Below, one piece after another: positions 63,131 to 64,000 of a stretch of DNA of 64,000 nt. The notes beneath the pieces were generated by a model. It did not search any database. It had not been told where the DNA came from and saw only the letters and a program-made list of their open reading frames with translations. The stretch lies in contig NC_043020.1 in the NCBI RefSeq assembly GCF_006345805.1, positions 4,402,001 through 4,466,000 on the forward strand. The letters run 5' to 3'. Source of the stretch: Octopus sinensis. Its lineage: Eukaryota. Position numbers and translations under genes: made by a program. Within the stretch, counting starts at the first letter, position 1. Every line of letters starts with the position of its first letter.

Positions 63131-64000
63131 AATTGTGGGTTCAGCTACAGCCTTTGATATTTCTTCTGAGATTCTTTTTTTTTTTTTGTCACATTTTGTG
63201 AAGAACAGTTTTATTACTTATAGGTATTGTATGAACCAATAATTGGTTCACTGTTTGTGATATTGAGAAAGGCAAGGGAATATCTTTGAAACTTTGACAG
63301 AATAATTACCACGAGGTAATTTTTGTAACACATTTGTTTAACAGTTCTCTTTTCGATGTTTATATTTTCTGCTGATATACACTAGCAAAAGCTATGTACA
63401 TTTAGGTAGGTGCAGTGTGATTGGGTAGGTCTGAGTTTGATCTCACTGTGTGTTATCTTAAGCAAGTGTCCCCTACTCTAACATGAGACTAACAAATGCT
63501 TTTGTGAAATTTAGATGGAGACGTTATGAAAACATGTCATATGCGTTTATGCTTATGCATGTACATTCTTGTTTCTGTTTATCCTTGCATCGTACCATTT
63601 AAGCCAAAAATGATGACACTTGTTTACACGCCCTGTAAGCATCTGGTATCTCAGTATTTCTATTAGTTTCAGTATGTGAAAACCAGTGGAATAAAAAATA
63701 TATTACGTGTAGGGATTAGCAAAAGGAAGGACATATGAATACCATAAATTTTGTTGAATCCATGACAACAGGATAAAAAACCAAATTAGAACAATGTCTT
63801 CCTCAGCTTTCTCTTCTGATTCCTTCCAATATAACATTTCTTTGCCCATCTCTTATCATCCAAGCATGTCTGTACCATTGCAGTTGTCTTTCTTGCACAT
63901 TTCATCCAATTCCTCTCATACCCATTATTTTTTCTTTTTGGCTCATCTTTGCTTCATTAGTCATGTATGCTCTTTCTTCCACAAATTTTCTACATTAACC

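Overview
This is AT-rich, repeat-dense animal genomic DNA. The repeat families and gene content look like octopus/cephalopod (inference). There is a 100-N scaffold gap at 1309-1408. Three host genes are recognisable. (1) Two internal exons of a ZSWIM4/5/6-family gene (+, 207-676); I found no downstream exons past the gap. (2) A compact two-exon NDUFB1 (complex I MNLL subunit) gene (-, about 21587-22046). (3) The first four coding exons of CSE1L/exportin-2 (+, 38323-62673), with a probable non-coding first exon near 35.6 kb. The rest is transposon-derived or simple repeat: about 5 kb of purine/pyrimidine-alternating (TA)n/TACATGTA arrays, more than 10 copies of an RTE-clade LINE, BovB-like RTE, R4/Dong-like and CR1-like LINE fragments, a Tc1 (DD34E) element with both TIRs, a hAT MITE, a Gypsy gag remnant and several tRNA-derived SINEs. 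The most unusual signals are a C4HC3 PHD finger inside the reverse transcriptase of the dominant RTE family, a minimal hammerhead-ribozyme-like motif, repeated tail-to-tail RTE pairs and RTE ends abutting TA arrays, two near-perfect palindromes flanking NDUFB1, and a covarying 3' stem-loop shared by a SINE and a CR1-like LINE. All identifications come from reading the sequence and from recalled family motifs; no searches were run. Repeat boundaries are approximate unless a TSD or TIR is given.
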